This document shows, one piece after another, positions 51,941-64,000 of a stretch of 64,000 nt of DNA. Position numbers and translations under genes: made by a program. The stretch is from Octopus sinensis (taxonomy: Eukaryota). The notes under the pieces were generated by a model, which searched no databases, had not been told where the DNA came from, and saw only the letters and a list, made by a program, of their open reading frames with translations. The stretch is taken from positions 65,224,001 to 65,288,000 of the forward strand of contig NC_043000.1 of assembly GCF_006345805.1 (NCBI RefSeq), read 5' to 3'. How positions within the stretch are numbered: the stretch's first letter is position 1; every line of letters begins with the position of its first letter.

Positions 51941-51961
51941 ACGCGACGGAAGTTCCTGGTT
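51916..51961 (+). promoter_or_regulatory. -1 programmed ribosomal frameshift signal
   Basis: Slippery G GGA AAC in gag frame (51916-22), 5-nt spacer, 9-bp stem AGCCAGGAA/TTCCTGGTT. Pol is in the -1 frame. Confidence 0.8.
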
Positions 51962-54900
51962 CGCACCCACACAGTCGCCTGTTTTTCGTTTGCGATCGTG
52001 TAACAGGCACGCGTTTCCTGGTTGACACAGGTGCGGAAGTCAGCATCATCCCAGTCTCCAACACTTCTGGAAAAAGAAAAGAGACATCAGTCTGTCTTCA
52101 GGCAGTCAACCATTCACCCATTCCAACCTACGGTGAACAGTCCCTAACATTAAACATAGGACTACGCCGCACATTTCAGTGGGTATTCGTCGTCGCTAAA
52201 CTGCCGACCCCTATCTTAGGAGCCGATTTCCTGCATCATTTCGGTCTCCTGGTAGACATAAAGAACAGACGACTTGTCGACACCACCACCAAGCTTACTG
52301 TGCGCGGTATAGCCGCTCGAATGGACACAGTCAGCCCAACTGTAATGCTTACGACAACGACTCGTCACAGTTCCATCCTGAATGATTATCCAGATATCGC
52401 CCGGCCAGTTTTTCATAACCAGCCGATAAAGCACGACGTTACCCACCACATCAAAACCAGCGGTCCACCTGTTGCTGCAAGGCCCAGAAGGTTACCACCT
52501 GATCGTCTCCAGGCCGTCAAGCGGGAATTCCAGCACATGCTCGACCTCGGAATCATCCGCGTTTCCAGCAGCAACTGGTCCTCGCCGATACACTGCGTCC
52601 CAAAAAAATCATCGACCGATTGGCGGGTTTGCGGCGATTATCGATCACTGAATAAAAGCACTATCAGTGATGCCTATCCGGTGCCTTTTCTTCAGGACTT
52701 TTCGAGCTCGCTGCATGGAGCTCGCATCTTTTCAAAAATCGACCTGGTGCGAGCATACAACCAAATCCCAGTCGAACCTGCAGACATCTCAAAGACAGCA
52801 GTGACTACACCTTTCGGAATGTTTGAATTCCTGCGTATGCCTTTCGGTTTACGAAACGCGACACAGACATTCCAAAGGTTTATCGACATGGTGACTAGAG
52901 GTTTGCCTTTCGTCTATGCCTACATAGACGACATACTCGTGGCCAGTAACTCGGACGAAGAGCATAATCAACACCTTCACCTGCTATTCGGACGACTACG
53001 TCAATTTGGAATTGTTATCAACCCTACCAAATGTTTGTTCGGAGTTGCTTCCCTTCATTTTCTCGGCCATATAGTCGATAAAAATGGAATTCGTCCCCTT
53101 CCCGAGAAAGTCAAGGCCATCGTGGATTTTCCACCACCCACATCTCTCCGCAAATTAAGGGAATATCTCGGTCTAGCGAATTTCTATCGACGGTTCGTGC
53201 CCCACCTCGCTGAAATAGCGCAACCGCTCACGGATTTGCTACGTCAGCGAACCTGCAAAAACGCAGATATAGCTCTGACCGAAGATCAACTCGTTTCTTT
53301 CGCTGCCCTGAAAAAAGCGTTATCTAGCGCTACCATGTTGGTTTATCCAAAACCAGACGCCCCACGATGTTTACTCGTTGATGCATCCGATTCCGGAATC
53401 GGAGGTGTGCTACAACAGCTTGTTGACGGTATATGGCAACCGTTGTCTTTCTTTTCTAAGCGGTTAAAACCCGCGGAAACCAAATACAGCACATTCAGTC
53501 GGGAATTATTGGCGGCATACCTGGCCGTTAAGCATTTCCGTCATATGCTAGAAGGTACCAATTTTGCCATATATACCGACCACAAGCCATTAGTATACGC
53601 ATTTAACACCAAACCGGATCGCCATTCGCCGAGAGAAATTCGTCACCTCGACTTCATATCGCAGTACACGACGGATATACGCCACATCAAAGGGACGACC
53701 AACGTGGCAGCCGATGCACTTTCACGTGCGCAGATCAATGCTATCCACACCACGTCTACAATTGATCTGGCACGTATAGCAGCTGACCAGGAGAATGACG
53801 AAGAACTTCTAAAGCTCCGGAATTCGTCATCTCTGAAATTTCAGCATGTTCCACTACCATCATCCACAGCCCATATTTGGTGTGATATTTCCACTGGTTA
53901 CCAACGCCCTTATGTACCACAGAAATATCGTCGAGAAGTTTTCTCCGCTCTACATTCTCTGTCACATCCTGGTATTCGCTCCACTCAAAAGCTAATATCG
54001 ACCCGTTTTGTGTGGACCAGTATCAACAAGGATATCAGAGAATGGACCAAGTGCTGTGTTGCGTGCCAAAAAGCGAAAATCCACCGGCACATAAAATCAC
54101 CAATCGGTTCATTTTCGCAGCCCGATGCACGATTTCAGCACGTTCACATTGATATCGTTGGACCCCTGCCACCTTCGCAGAACTATTCATATTTGCTAAC
54201 TTGCGTAGATAGGTTCTCGCGATGGCCCGAAGCCTGGCCCCTATCTGATATATCAGCAGAAACGGTCGCTAAAACGCTGATATCACAATGGGTTTCGCGT
54301 TTTGGCACACCCGCAACAATTACCACCGACAGAGGACGTCAGTTCGATTCCCACCTTTTCACCGAGCTGACTCGTCTCCTCGGGTGTAAACACACCCGCA
54401 CTACAGCTTACCACCCTGCAGCAAATGGCATGGTGGAACGCTTTCACCGCCAACTCAAGGCATCTATAAAAGCAGCTCCAGACAGTTCTCACTGGTTGGA
54501 ACATCTCCCTCTCATCCTCCTTGGAATTCGATCCACGATTAAGGAAGAACTGGGATATACTCCGGCCGAACTCGTTTATGGCACAACACTCACCTTACCT
54601 GGGCAGATGATCGAACCTGTTTCACAAAACTTCCCTGACTCACAACAATATGTGCACCGATTACGAACATCCATGTCGCAAGTATCACCCTCAGGCCCCA
54701 GACAACAGAACGTCGTTTCACGTGTCCCAAAAGATATCAACACATGGACTCATGTCTTCGTGAGGAATGATGGGATACCCTCTCAACTTCGACCACCATA
54801 TTCCGGGCCCTACAAGGTCATCAAAAGAGAACCCAAGTATTTCGTCCTCGATATTGGAGGTAAACGAAATACGGTCTCGATTGATCGTTTAAAAAAAGCT

Positions 54901-55083
54901 TTCATCGAGGAGGACTTACATTCAGTCCCCTCTTTTCCTCAAACAGACTCGGCAACTCCAGCGAACACCACAGATGCTGCACAACCCCGACACACCAAAT
55001 CAGGAAGAACAGTTCGATGGCCAGCAAGGTTTGTGCAAGTTTTTCGGGTAAGTTCTGAACTCCTAACGTATCCATCTTCCTAA
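51920..55083 (+). CDS. pol: Pol: protease, RT, RNase H, integrase (frame open from 51841; likely entered by frameshift near 51920)
   Basis: [53 protein letters not shown]...[37 protein letters not shown]; no stops. Confidence 0.95.
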
Positions 55084-55638
55084 TGAACACATAACTGCAT
55101 CACCCACCCAGAGAAATCAAAGAACATTTGTGTACGTAAAGAAAAAAAAATGAAAACAAAAACTGTCTGTATGAACTTTTACGGAACATTTCAAAATCGA
55201 ACTTTGCCGATGAACATTTCTTTCATTTTTGCATGTACATATTTTTTGTTTTCTCTTCAAAATGTTTGCTTTCTCATAAATATATTTTTTTGCTAACTGT
55301 ATATCCACACACATTTACAAATCTTGTTCTCATGCGTGCTATCACTCGATTTTTTTTTCGCCACTGAAAGATACCTTGTCTCTATTAGACCTCTAGTAGG
55401 TCGAGTAATCAATAGACGCACATCTCTTTCAACGCGCCAACATAATTCTGCCTGGGCACATATACATATTGCCCACCATATAGCACATACAAATTGTAAA
55501 CCTTTCATCCATATTTTTATCGTTCAATGTGTAAAAAAAATTTTTTTTCTACATGCACACAATCAAAAAAAAAAAAATAATAAAAATAATAATAATAATA
55601 CATTTCCAATATCGTTCGATCTCTGTGGCTTTCTCACT

Positions 55639-55651
55639 AGAAGGGGGGTAG
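55639..55651 (+). promoter_or_regulatory. Polypurine tract
   Basis: AGAAGGGGGGTAG immediately before the 3' LTR. Confidence 0.9.
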
Positions 55652-56222
55652 TGTAAGAATTAGCACTTCCTTCTCAAAGCTTGGATTCGAAATCAGACCC
55701 AAGAATCATTGGTCGTAAAATACCAATGCACAAAAAGGCGCGAAATCAGAATCTCTTTGTTCTGACAAAAAATGATGGATCGTCTCCCTTCGACCTCTGA
55801 CCCGAGCAGGTCAGGCGAAGTTTAACAGGACGACCAGCGACCTACTGTACTCAATAACACTCTTGCGGTATATCTATTTTTCTGGCTATTTGAGATGTTA
55901 TAAATAGAACGGAGAAATAGGTATCTAGAGAGAACCCGAACCAACGTTTAAGAGAACGCCACGCATTTATGAGGACGACGAAAGAATAATCAGAAAGGTG
56001 ACTCTGTCATGCATGATTTACACACACCATCAAACATATTCTGCTTTAATGTGTATCCTGTATTATGCATTCCTTTAATATGTATTATTTGCAACCACTA
56101 TTTAATATGCATTTTGTACAAGCGATGTGTAACATTGCTTACAAATTGATGTAGTGATAATAAATCTTTAATTTATTACAAAGCACTTATGTATTTATTA
56201 ATACATCCACGCATCCACTACA
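55652..56222 (+). repeat. 3' LTR (571 bp)
   Basis: Identical to the 5' LTR except a 14-bp shorter CA tract and one T/C substitution. Confidence 0.97.
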
Positions 56223-56262
56223 AAAGCAAGGACTGAAGGTGAATGATATTTTATCAGTACGT

Positions 56263-56496
56263 AAGGCTGTGAGCTGGCAGAATCGTTAGCACGTCGGGCG
56301 AAATGCTTAGCGGTATTTCGTCTGCCGTTACGTTCTGAGTTCAAATTCCGCCGAGGTCGACTTTACCTTTCATCCTTTCGGGGTCGATTAAATAAGTACC
56401 AGTTACGCACTAGGGTCGATATAATCGACTTAATCCGTTTGTTTGTCCTTGTTTGTCCTCTCTGTGTTTAGCCCCTTGTGGGCAGTAAAGAAATAG
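56263..56496 (+). mobile_element. SINE family A monomer with 17-18-bp TSD
   Basis: GATATTTTATCAGTACGT at 56245-56262 and 56496-56513. Confidence 0.9.
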
Positions 56497-56775
56497 ATAT
56501 TTTATCAGTACGTCATCATATTTATAATTTGCTGTCACACCAACCGACACCAAAATCCTTTCTTTCTAATTCTCTGTTCTATGAATACATTAACCCTTCT
56601 TTTCACTAATTCTCTCTGTCCATATTCTGCCTCTCACAAATCTATGATTTACTCTTTCATGTCTACCCCCATCAAATAAACTCTACTGGGAATTTATTCA
56701 CCGAAACAGATTTTCTTCATAATTTTTACGATGTAATCTAACTTGTTTTCAAATCAAATAATTCTTTCTACAGTA

Positions 56776-57551
56776 GGCACAAGGCCTGAAATTTTGGGAG
56801 CAGGGAGAAAGTCGATTACATCGACTCCAGTACTTCCTTCACTGATCTTATTTTATTGACCCCGAAAGGATGAAAGGTAAAGTTAACCTCGGCAACATTT
56901 GATCTAAGAACGTGAAACCTGATGAAATACCTATTTCTTTACTACCCACAAGGGGCTAAACACAGAGAGGACAAACAAGGACACACAAACGGATTAAGTC
57001 GATTATATCGACCCCAGTGCGTAACTGGTACTTATTTAATCGACCCCGAAAGGATGAAAGGCAAAGTCGACCTCGGCGGAATTTGAACTCAGAACGTAAC
57101 GGCAGACGAAATACCTATTTCTTTACTACACACAAGGAGCTAAACACAGAGAGGATAAACAAGGACAGACAAACGGATTAAGTCGATTATATCGACCTCA
57201 GTGCGTAAGTGATACTTAATTTATCGACCCCGAAAGGATGAAAGGCAAAGTCGACCCCGAAAGGATGAAAGGCAAAGTCGACCTCGGCGGAATTTGAACT
57301 CAGAATGTAACGGCAGACGAAATACCTATTTCTTTATTACCCACAAGGGGCTAAACACAGAGGGGACAAACAAGGACAGACATAGGTATTAAGTCGATTA
57401 CATCGACCCCAGTGCGTAACTGGTACTTAATTTATCGACCCCGAAAGGATGAAAGGCAAAGTCGACCTCGGCGGAATTTGAACTCACAACGTAACGACAG
57501 ACGAAATACCGCTAAGCATTTCATCCGACGCGCTTACGTTTCTGTCAACTC
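56776..57551 (-). mobile_element. SINE family A tandem multimer (head + three young 184-bp units + older body)
   Basis: Units 56931-57114, 57115-57325 (184 + 27-bp internal duplication) and 57326-57509; junctions GAAATAC|CTATTTCTTT. Confidence 0.88.
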
Positions 57552-57849
57552 TTTTTTTTTTTTTTTTTTTTTTGCAAATCAAATAACACATTCTAAAGAC
57601 AGGATTAAGTTAGATCGAACTAACAATAAAGTTTGGATTCTTCTTCTTTTTTTTAGTTATATCATATTAAACTCGAAGGTTCAACAGAGTTGCACAATGC
57701 ACAGTGGGGAAAAAACACACCAAACACAACACAGTGCAATTTGTGTGCCGCCTACCACAACCTTTACAAATATTTCAGTGACTGGGTGTTTTCAGACTTA
57801 TATTTTATATTATGGTTTCAAAGGAAAATAATAATAATAATCTAAACTA

Positions 57850-59100
57850 GAAGCAGATGATGCCATCTGTGAATAAAAAATTGGAATGCATATGGAAGTT
57901 AGAAGCAGGTGTTTTTGCGGAAAAAGGTGTTAAAAAGCACACAATTTCAAGTCAGGTTAAGAACAAACTCACAGCACTTTCATTGAAGTATAATGCTGAT
58001 GCAAATGCTAAGTTATGTTGGTGCAACGAAGCATATGAAAGCTGCAAAAGATACAAGTTTTGAGGACCAATGATGAAGTGGTTTATTCATCAATAACCAT
58101 ATAGTAACAACGTTTGATGTAGAAATTCAAAATGTTCCTGCCAAGTCAGCTAGGCAAATGGGCATCAATAATTTCAAAGTTAGTGACAGATGGGCATGGC
58201 AATTTGTAAATCATCATGGAATGGGTAATAAAATTAACCATTCTGAAGCAGGCAGCATATTACCAAAGATCGAACCATTATAGAATAGGTTAGATGAAAA
58301 TTTCCTAATTTTCGAAGTGTATTATATTTAACTGGACTGTATTGGCAGCCGTTACTTTAGAACAACCAAACGTTTAAGAATAAAAACCTTCATACCATGT
58401 CTAACGAACCCTATGTTACATGAAAATAGATGGGAGGTGTCTTTTAAAGTTAGTGGTGAGATTTGAAAAGCATAATGTTACCAGCTACCATCAAACGATC
58501 ACCGTAGCAAGAAAGTATGGTTTAATATGCATATTCTTAACAACTGATTTTTATCACATTTTATTCCTGAAGTGTGGAAATATGAAAATGTCATCAAATT
58601 TTCTGCCTATGAGATAAAGGCATTAGTAGTTTTGGACAATATACCTACTCGCCCAAGTGATCACCTGCTTGTCAGTAATGAGGGTAAAATAAGGTGCAAG
58701 TTCTTGCCTCCCAATGATACCTCTACAGTCCAACCAATAAATCAAGGTACAATTGTCGTCTGTAAACGATATCAACAAAAATACTTGGATGTTCTCAGAG
58801 TGATAGAAGAGTACAGTATAAGGGAAGATGCATGAAAACGAAGAACTCTCAATAACATCAAGAACTATAAACTAAAGTCAGCAATGTTCAATTTCGCTGC
58901 TTCATGAGAAGCACTGGAGACTACCACATTAGCCAATGCTGTGCAGTGTTGGGATAAAACGATTTTGAAAGATTCAAGGCAAGTGATTTTTCATCACAGA
59001 CTTTAGAGAGCAGAAAAAGCAGATATCACAAAGAAGATGACATCGGATGCTGGCTCGAAGAAACAGAAGACCCTGGAAACCAAGCGTTAACAGTTGTTGA
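57850..59100 (+). pseudogene. Degenerate Tigger/pogo (CENP-B/Jerky-like) transposase
   Basis: KKLECIWKLEAG...GVKKHTIS (HTH), NFKVSDRWAWQFVNHHG, and LVVLDNIPTRP...KFLPPNDTSTVQPINQG (DDE_1 LDN..H / FLPPNTTS..QP.DQG); many stops. Confidence 0.8.
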
Positions 59101-62100
59101 TGACAATAGAGACTGAAGATAAAGATGAGGAATTATTGCTCAAGAAAACCACACTCTGATAAACAAGAACTTCTTGATAAAGTCCTTCTGTAAAGTAACT
59201 TCTCAACAGAAACTAATATTCTGTAATATTATCAACACATCAGAGCCTTAAGGGAACTCATTATCCAGATTAAAACCTTGCTCTAATTCTTAGACAGATT
59301 ATTTTCTTTGGCCTTGCAACATCAAACCTTAAGTACTGAAAATTTGCTCATGACACAAAGAAGTTGATACTTGGTGTGACAGATGAGAGATTCTCACACA
59401 AGATCAGACGCTCCCATCTGACCATTCTGTTGCAGTGCACAACACTAACATGACGAATATCAATTCTTTACACACCATTAGGACCCACCTTGCCTTTCTT
59501 CACTAACCCTATTCTAAATACTTGGCACAACACACCATCTCCGTCTATATTTTCATTACAAAAATTCAAACTCAACATTAAAATTTTACGTCTATTTTTC
59601 TATCCTGGCATGGGTTGGACAGTTTGACAAGCTCCAGCAAGCTGCAAAGCTACGTTGAGCTCCAGTGTAAGCTATAGTATGATTTCTATGGCTGAATGCC
59701 CTTCCTCACGCCAACCACTTTACAGTGTGTGCTGGATAATTTTTACATGCCACTGGCATTAGTAAGGTTACCAGGTATTTTACAAGACAGAAGAATAGGG
59801 AAAGGAAAAAAGCTCCTACTATTAAGTGTACAGTGGCTTAGGGTCAACCCATGTCTTATGGATGAAGCTGTGTGAAAGCTCAGAAGAAAGACTGTATTTA
59901 GGTGGTGGATTTAAAACCACCAACTTAGATGTTCCATCACAAATATTGGAACCAATTCCCTGGTCTAAGGATGAATTACTGTCCTGATACCCTCCTGCAG
60001 TTATTCAGGAATTGTACTCTCCTTCCTCACGAAGCTTGAGGCTCTGCTAAAAGATCATAATCAGAAGAGTTGTGCCTAAAAAAAGGGGTTTCCCTAGATT
60101 AAAAAAAAAAATTCTAAACCTTCAGCTTCCATTTCTTCAATTCTAACAATTATTACTCCTCTGTGCCACCTTCTTTTTTTATATACACGCATATTTATCT
60201 ATATATGTAAACACAAACACTTTAAAGATACAATTATAATTTGGAACCCAGAGACAACTTAAATGATAGTAACGTCATCACCTGACACTCTTGATGTGTG
60301 CAAATTAGTTGCTGTTGTTTAACTCCAGGTCAGCTCTGATCAATGAACCAACTGTCAAAATCAACCAGCAATGACCTTTCTGGTTTTTGGGGAGGGAGGG
60401 GGGAATTGTGTTTTTCTTTTTTTGCTTTGTGTATCCTGAACTACATTATCCAATATGTTCTTGGATTGACTCAAGGTAATACCAGAAAACTTTTGACCAA
60501 GATGCTACACCATCAAATTAGACCATGAATCATGTGATTACATAACAAACTCGATATGGTCATGCAAGCAATCAGTGTGAATTCCTTGACATATCTTTTT
60601 ACCATATCAATCACATAGAGATATCTGCTAAGGAGGTGCCATTGTTTCTTTTGACAGATATATGAATTACCTCCACCATACACAGGGAGATTCAAAAACA
60701 AATTCATAAAAATTTGGTTTATATTCCTAGATGATTCACATGACCATGTAGCTGTTCTTTCATTGGCTCATATAACAAGTGTAGAAAAATATTTGGTATA
60801 TTACTAAATTGTGATCAGTACATACTTGTATATCACTAATTAGTTAGTTGGTTAAATAGCTAACCAATTGACGAATAAGAAAAAAGTGAAACTGAATTGG
60901 TGCATGTCATTATTATAGGCATAATGACCCTCCCAAGATGAAAGAAAAATAGAAAATGGTCATTAGAATTATCTATTGAATAATCAGTAATAAATGGCAA
61001 GCAAAAGATACGATTCAAGTCCCAGCCAGTTATGCTTTCGTCTTTGATGTCTACTAACACTGTGTAACACAATTTTTGTCCTTGGGTAGCAACTGTTATT
61101 TATTTGCTTACCCCTTGAAAGTATGAAAATATAGTTAATATTCCCTTCAAACTTTACTTTTGTTACATTTATCCAAACCCAAAAGAATCCCACTCAACAC
61201 ATGGCTATGATGTTCCCCTACTATTCCTGTTCATGATCAAGGGACATGCTCGAGTGGTTATGATCAAGCAAGTGGCAAGCAAATCTGTGGTATTGAACAG
61301 AATATTTATATAACAATATTTCTACTTCAGCAACTCAGCACTGAATCTGTTTGAAATGTAATAGGTCAGTTTCAAAACAGTGATGTCCAGAACACAAAAT
61401 CAAAGTTTGAAAGGCATACTAGTAATTTCCTTTGATTTCTTAATAGCAGCAAATAGGAAAAAACAATTACTGACCAAAGACAAAAACAAAAAAATAATAA
61501 TAATTTTGTTAGAGTGTAATCACTCATCACAATTGTTCAGAAAATAAATAAGGTTTAATATCTTAATAAGATTAACTTAGGAGTTTAAAAAAAATTTTTT
61601 ATTTCATTGATTGTCATATTTTCTAATTTATCATTAGTAATTACATGTAACAGTGGCTGAGCCTGGAAGCATTTAAAAGTTGATACTTTGGGTCTCAATG
61701 CATAGAGTCACAGGTCAAGTTTAAACCTTTTATTACCAAACCTGCTGAAACTGGCTCTGGCTCTGAGTACAAATATCTTGTTTTCATAAGTTTTGAATTA
61801 AAATCTTCCACCAAACCTTAGTCACAATTTATGTTCCTAACACTAGCTGAATGATAACTAAGTTATTTTACTAAATTCTTTGCTATATTTAAAGTAATTG
61901 AAAGAAACACAAAGCATCTCAAAATAAATAGTGACGAAAGGGTTAAGATATGAAATGCCAACAAATGTCAAAGGGCCTAAAAGAAAAGCAGTATAAAGAT
62001 GAAGATATTAATAAATAACACAGCAGAAAAAACTAGCAGTGAACATGACATCATTGTAAGGGAGTTGGTAGAAAGTAAAAATTGTTTTTTCAGTAAGCAA

Positions 62101-63457
62101 ATTGTACTAAAAAGGAGAAGAGGGATATCTAGCAAGCTGTCAAAGAACTGGAACCCAAAGTACTGAAATATAAAGAAGCAATGTCAGACATGAAATGACA
62201 ACTACAGTCTAGTAAGAAGTTATAAGTTCTGCAACCTAGACAATCTAAGAGCCTGAATAGTATCAGAATTGAAGAAGCATAGAGAGTTATTTCCTCTGCA
62301 AGTAATAAGCAGTTTAGATAAACACTGTAATTCTATAGGACAGGGAAGAGAAAAATGAACTGAAAATACAATGTCAATTTATGTAAAAGATTGAGCTCAA
62401 ATTAGTTGAAGTAGTTGTTGTTTGGCTTCAGGCCAGTTCTGATCAAACACATCTAATCAACGTAGCATTCCAGTCATGACCACCCACTTTTCCCCGTCAA
62501 ATACAGTAATTATCTAGGACCCCATTATATCAATGTGTCCAATTTTTAATGAAATAGGGTGAAATTTGAAGAAAATTTGGCTGCTGTTCATAGCAGGTCA
62601 AAACAAATACCATAAAGTCTCCATCATTGACCTGTGAGGAAGTAGTGAGGCATCAGAGCTGACAGCTGGTGTTTTTAGAAGGCGAAATTGCGCTGGTATG
62701 GATATGTAAAGCAGAATGATGATGTAAGTTGACTGAAGAAGAGAGCATACTTTATAAAGTGGTTGGCATTAGGAAGGGCATCCAGCTGTAGAAACCAGGC
62801 CAAATCAAACTGGAACTTGGTGCAGCTCTCCTGTTTGCCAGCTCCAGTCAAACCATCCAACTCATGCCAGCATGGAAAATGGACGTTAAATGATGATGAT
62901 ATTTGACTAAAATGATCAGAGACACATTATGTTACCTACACTGATTCAACTCAGCTGGCAAGCAAAATATAGCTCCTAAAATTATGATACTACTGATGAT
63001 GATGGTGGTGGTGGTTGTGGTGCCAAAAAGAAAGTACTTTTAAGTCAAAAAAGAATTAAGGCAAGACAATATTTTTATAGAAACTTATTTTCCAATATTT
63101 TTAATTCATAGAAAAATTGTTAAAAAAAATACAAAAAAAAAAGAATTAGAAAAAATAATACCTTTCAAAAAAAGTGTGCACATTTGGAATAAAATAAATA
63201 TAATCAATAAAATGTTTGCAATATGAAATCAATTATATATTAATTTGTCAGGCTCATAGAAATGTTTGTAAATAGAGCTGAAAGAATAGTAATAAACTTC
63301 CAATGACATGGAGTGCCAGAGAAGATGAAATATTTTACTCTTAGAGTGAATAGTTTAGATAGAAAGCAGTAATTGCTTCTATTAATAATTTCATTGTCCC
63401 AAAGAACAAAATGCAGGAAAATGGCTGCATTCAATCAGCAGAATGCATCTTATCAAT

Positions 63458-63558
63458 TTATAGAGAGAAATTAGGACTAGAAAGACCAGGTAAATTGCTT
63501 TTTTCTGAATTACTCATTCTTTGGGAGGGTCCGCTCCTTTCAGAAGACAATGTGCCAT
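63458..63558 (-). CDS. Candidate host-gene exon (product unknown)
   Basis: Minus-strand branch point TACTAAT, polypyrimidine tract and TTTTGCAG acceptor (AG at 63559-60). Phase-1 reading DGTLSSERSGPSQRMSNSEKSNLPGLSSPNFSL*. Confidence 0.4.
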
Positions 63559-63897
63559 CTGCAAAAGTAGGAAATCAAATTAGTAAACACAAATCTGTTT
63601 CAGAAAAAATGTACTTTAGCCAAACTTAAAAGGATGAAATATAACATATTTCATTAAAAGCTAACATACAACAATACATACATAAACCAGTAAGCAAGCC
63701 TTCAATATGGTTGCACAACATGCTAGATATAGCAACCATATCTTGTTCAAATGATATAGTTTTTAAAATGGAAAAAGAAAGTTTAATAATGAAGTCTTAG
63801 GTACTGTTAATAAGACAGGATGGTTATGGTTGAAACATCTTTCATCATAAATTTACTCAAACAAGGCTGACCTTGGACTAAACAACAACATATAATA

Positions 63898-64000
63898 CAG
63901 TGGTTCTCAACCAGGGTCCAATAAGATCGTTGGGGGTCCACATAAGAATTTCTTATTGAAATTTATGGGCAATAAATTACTTATACTTCTACAATACAGA
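63898..64000. mobile_element. Start of a hAT-type MITE
   Basis: CAGTGGTTCTCAACCAGGGTCC...GGGGGTCCAC, same terminus type as 26045. Confidence 0.5.

Larger units (their letters stand above)
50362..56222 (+). mobile_element. Complete Ty3/Gypsy LTR retrotransposon
   Basis: TG...CA LTRs, 4-bp TSD AAAG (50358-61 / 56223-26), PBS, gag, pol (PR-RT-RH-IN order), PPT. Confidence 0.97.

Noticed and set aside
51370-51972. 200-aa antisense ORF over gag
   Set aside because: A typical shadow ORF of a GC-rich coding strand; no independent evidence.
55324-55656. 110-aa ORF after pol, considered as an env remnant
   Set aside because: Low-complexity and A/T-tract derived, with no signal peptide, furin site or TM pattern; it runs through the PPT into the LTR.
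56931-57509. Regular repeats that might suggest a CRISPR-like array
   Set aside because: The units are whole 184-bp SINE bodies with no unique spacers, in eukaryotic context with no cas genes.
59991-60046. Minus-strand candidate exon (TTTTAG|CAG...QSLKLREEGEYNS*)
   Set aside because: It has stops in all three frames, so it could only be terminal; the signals alone are insufficient.

Overview
Repeat-dense animal genomic DNA. The SINE families and CA/TA/TATG microsatellites look like octopus (coleoid cephalopod); this is recognised from memory, not searched. No rRNA, true tRNA gene, CRISPR or prokaryotic feature is seen. Main contents: (1) a 5'-truncated but uninterrupted R4/Dong-type RLE non-LTR retrotransposon inside a (TAA)n microsatellite (2159-5015, -), plus other TAA-associated LINE ends at 8.4-9.6 kb. 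(2) Five Penelope-like (GIY-YIG) fragments, four co-oriented in 15-23 kb; one carries a hammerhead ribozyme with a complete catalytic core (22259-22341, -) and others carry decayed ones. (3) Two dead mariners, one nested in a Tigger/pogo derivative and one in an older inverted-repeat element. (4) A very young, complete Ty3/Gypsy element (50362-56222): LTRs differ by one substitution plus a 14-bp CA indel; it has a 4-bp TSD, tRNA-Trp-type PBS, PPT, open gag and pol, and a -1 frameshift signal. (5) Four tRNA-derived SINE families; one forms 184-bp head-to-tail multimers joined at the same near-palindromic junction at two loci. (6) Several fold-back/template-switch scars, including a perfect 120-bp inverted duplication. 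(7) Degenerate RTE, hAT and Tigger remnants and one candidate host exon near the right end (-). Most long ORFs in the track are microsatellite translations. SINE family labels A-D are mine.
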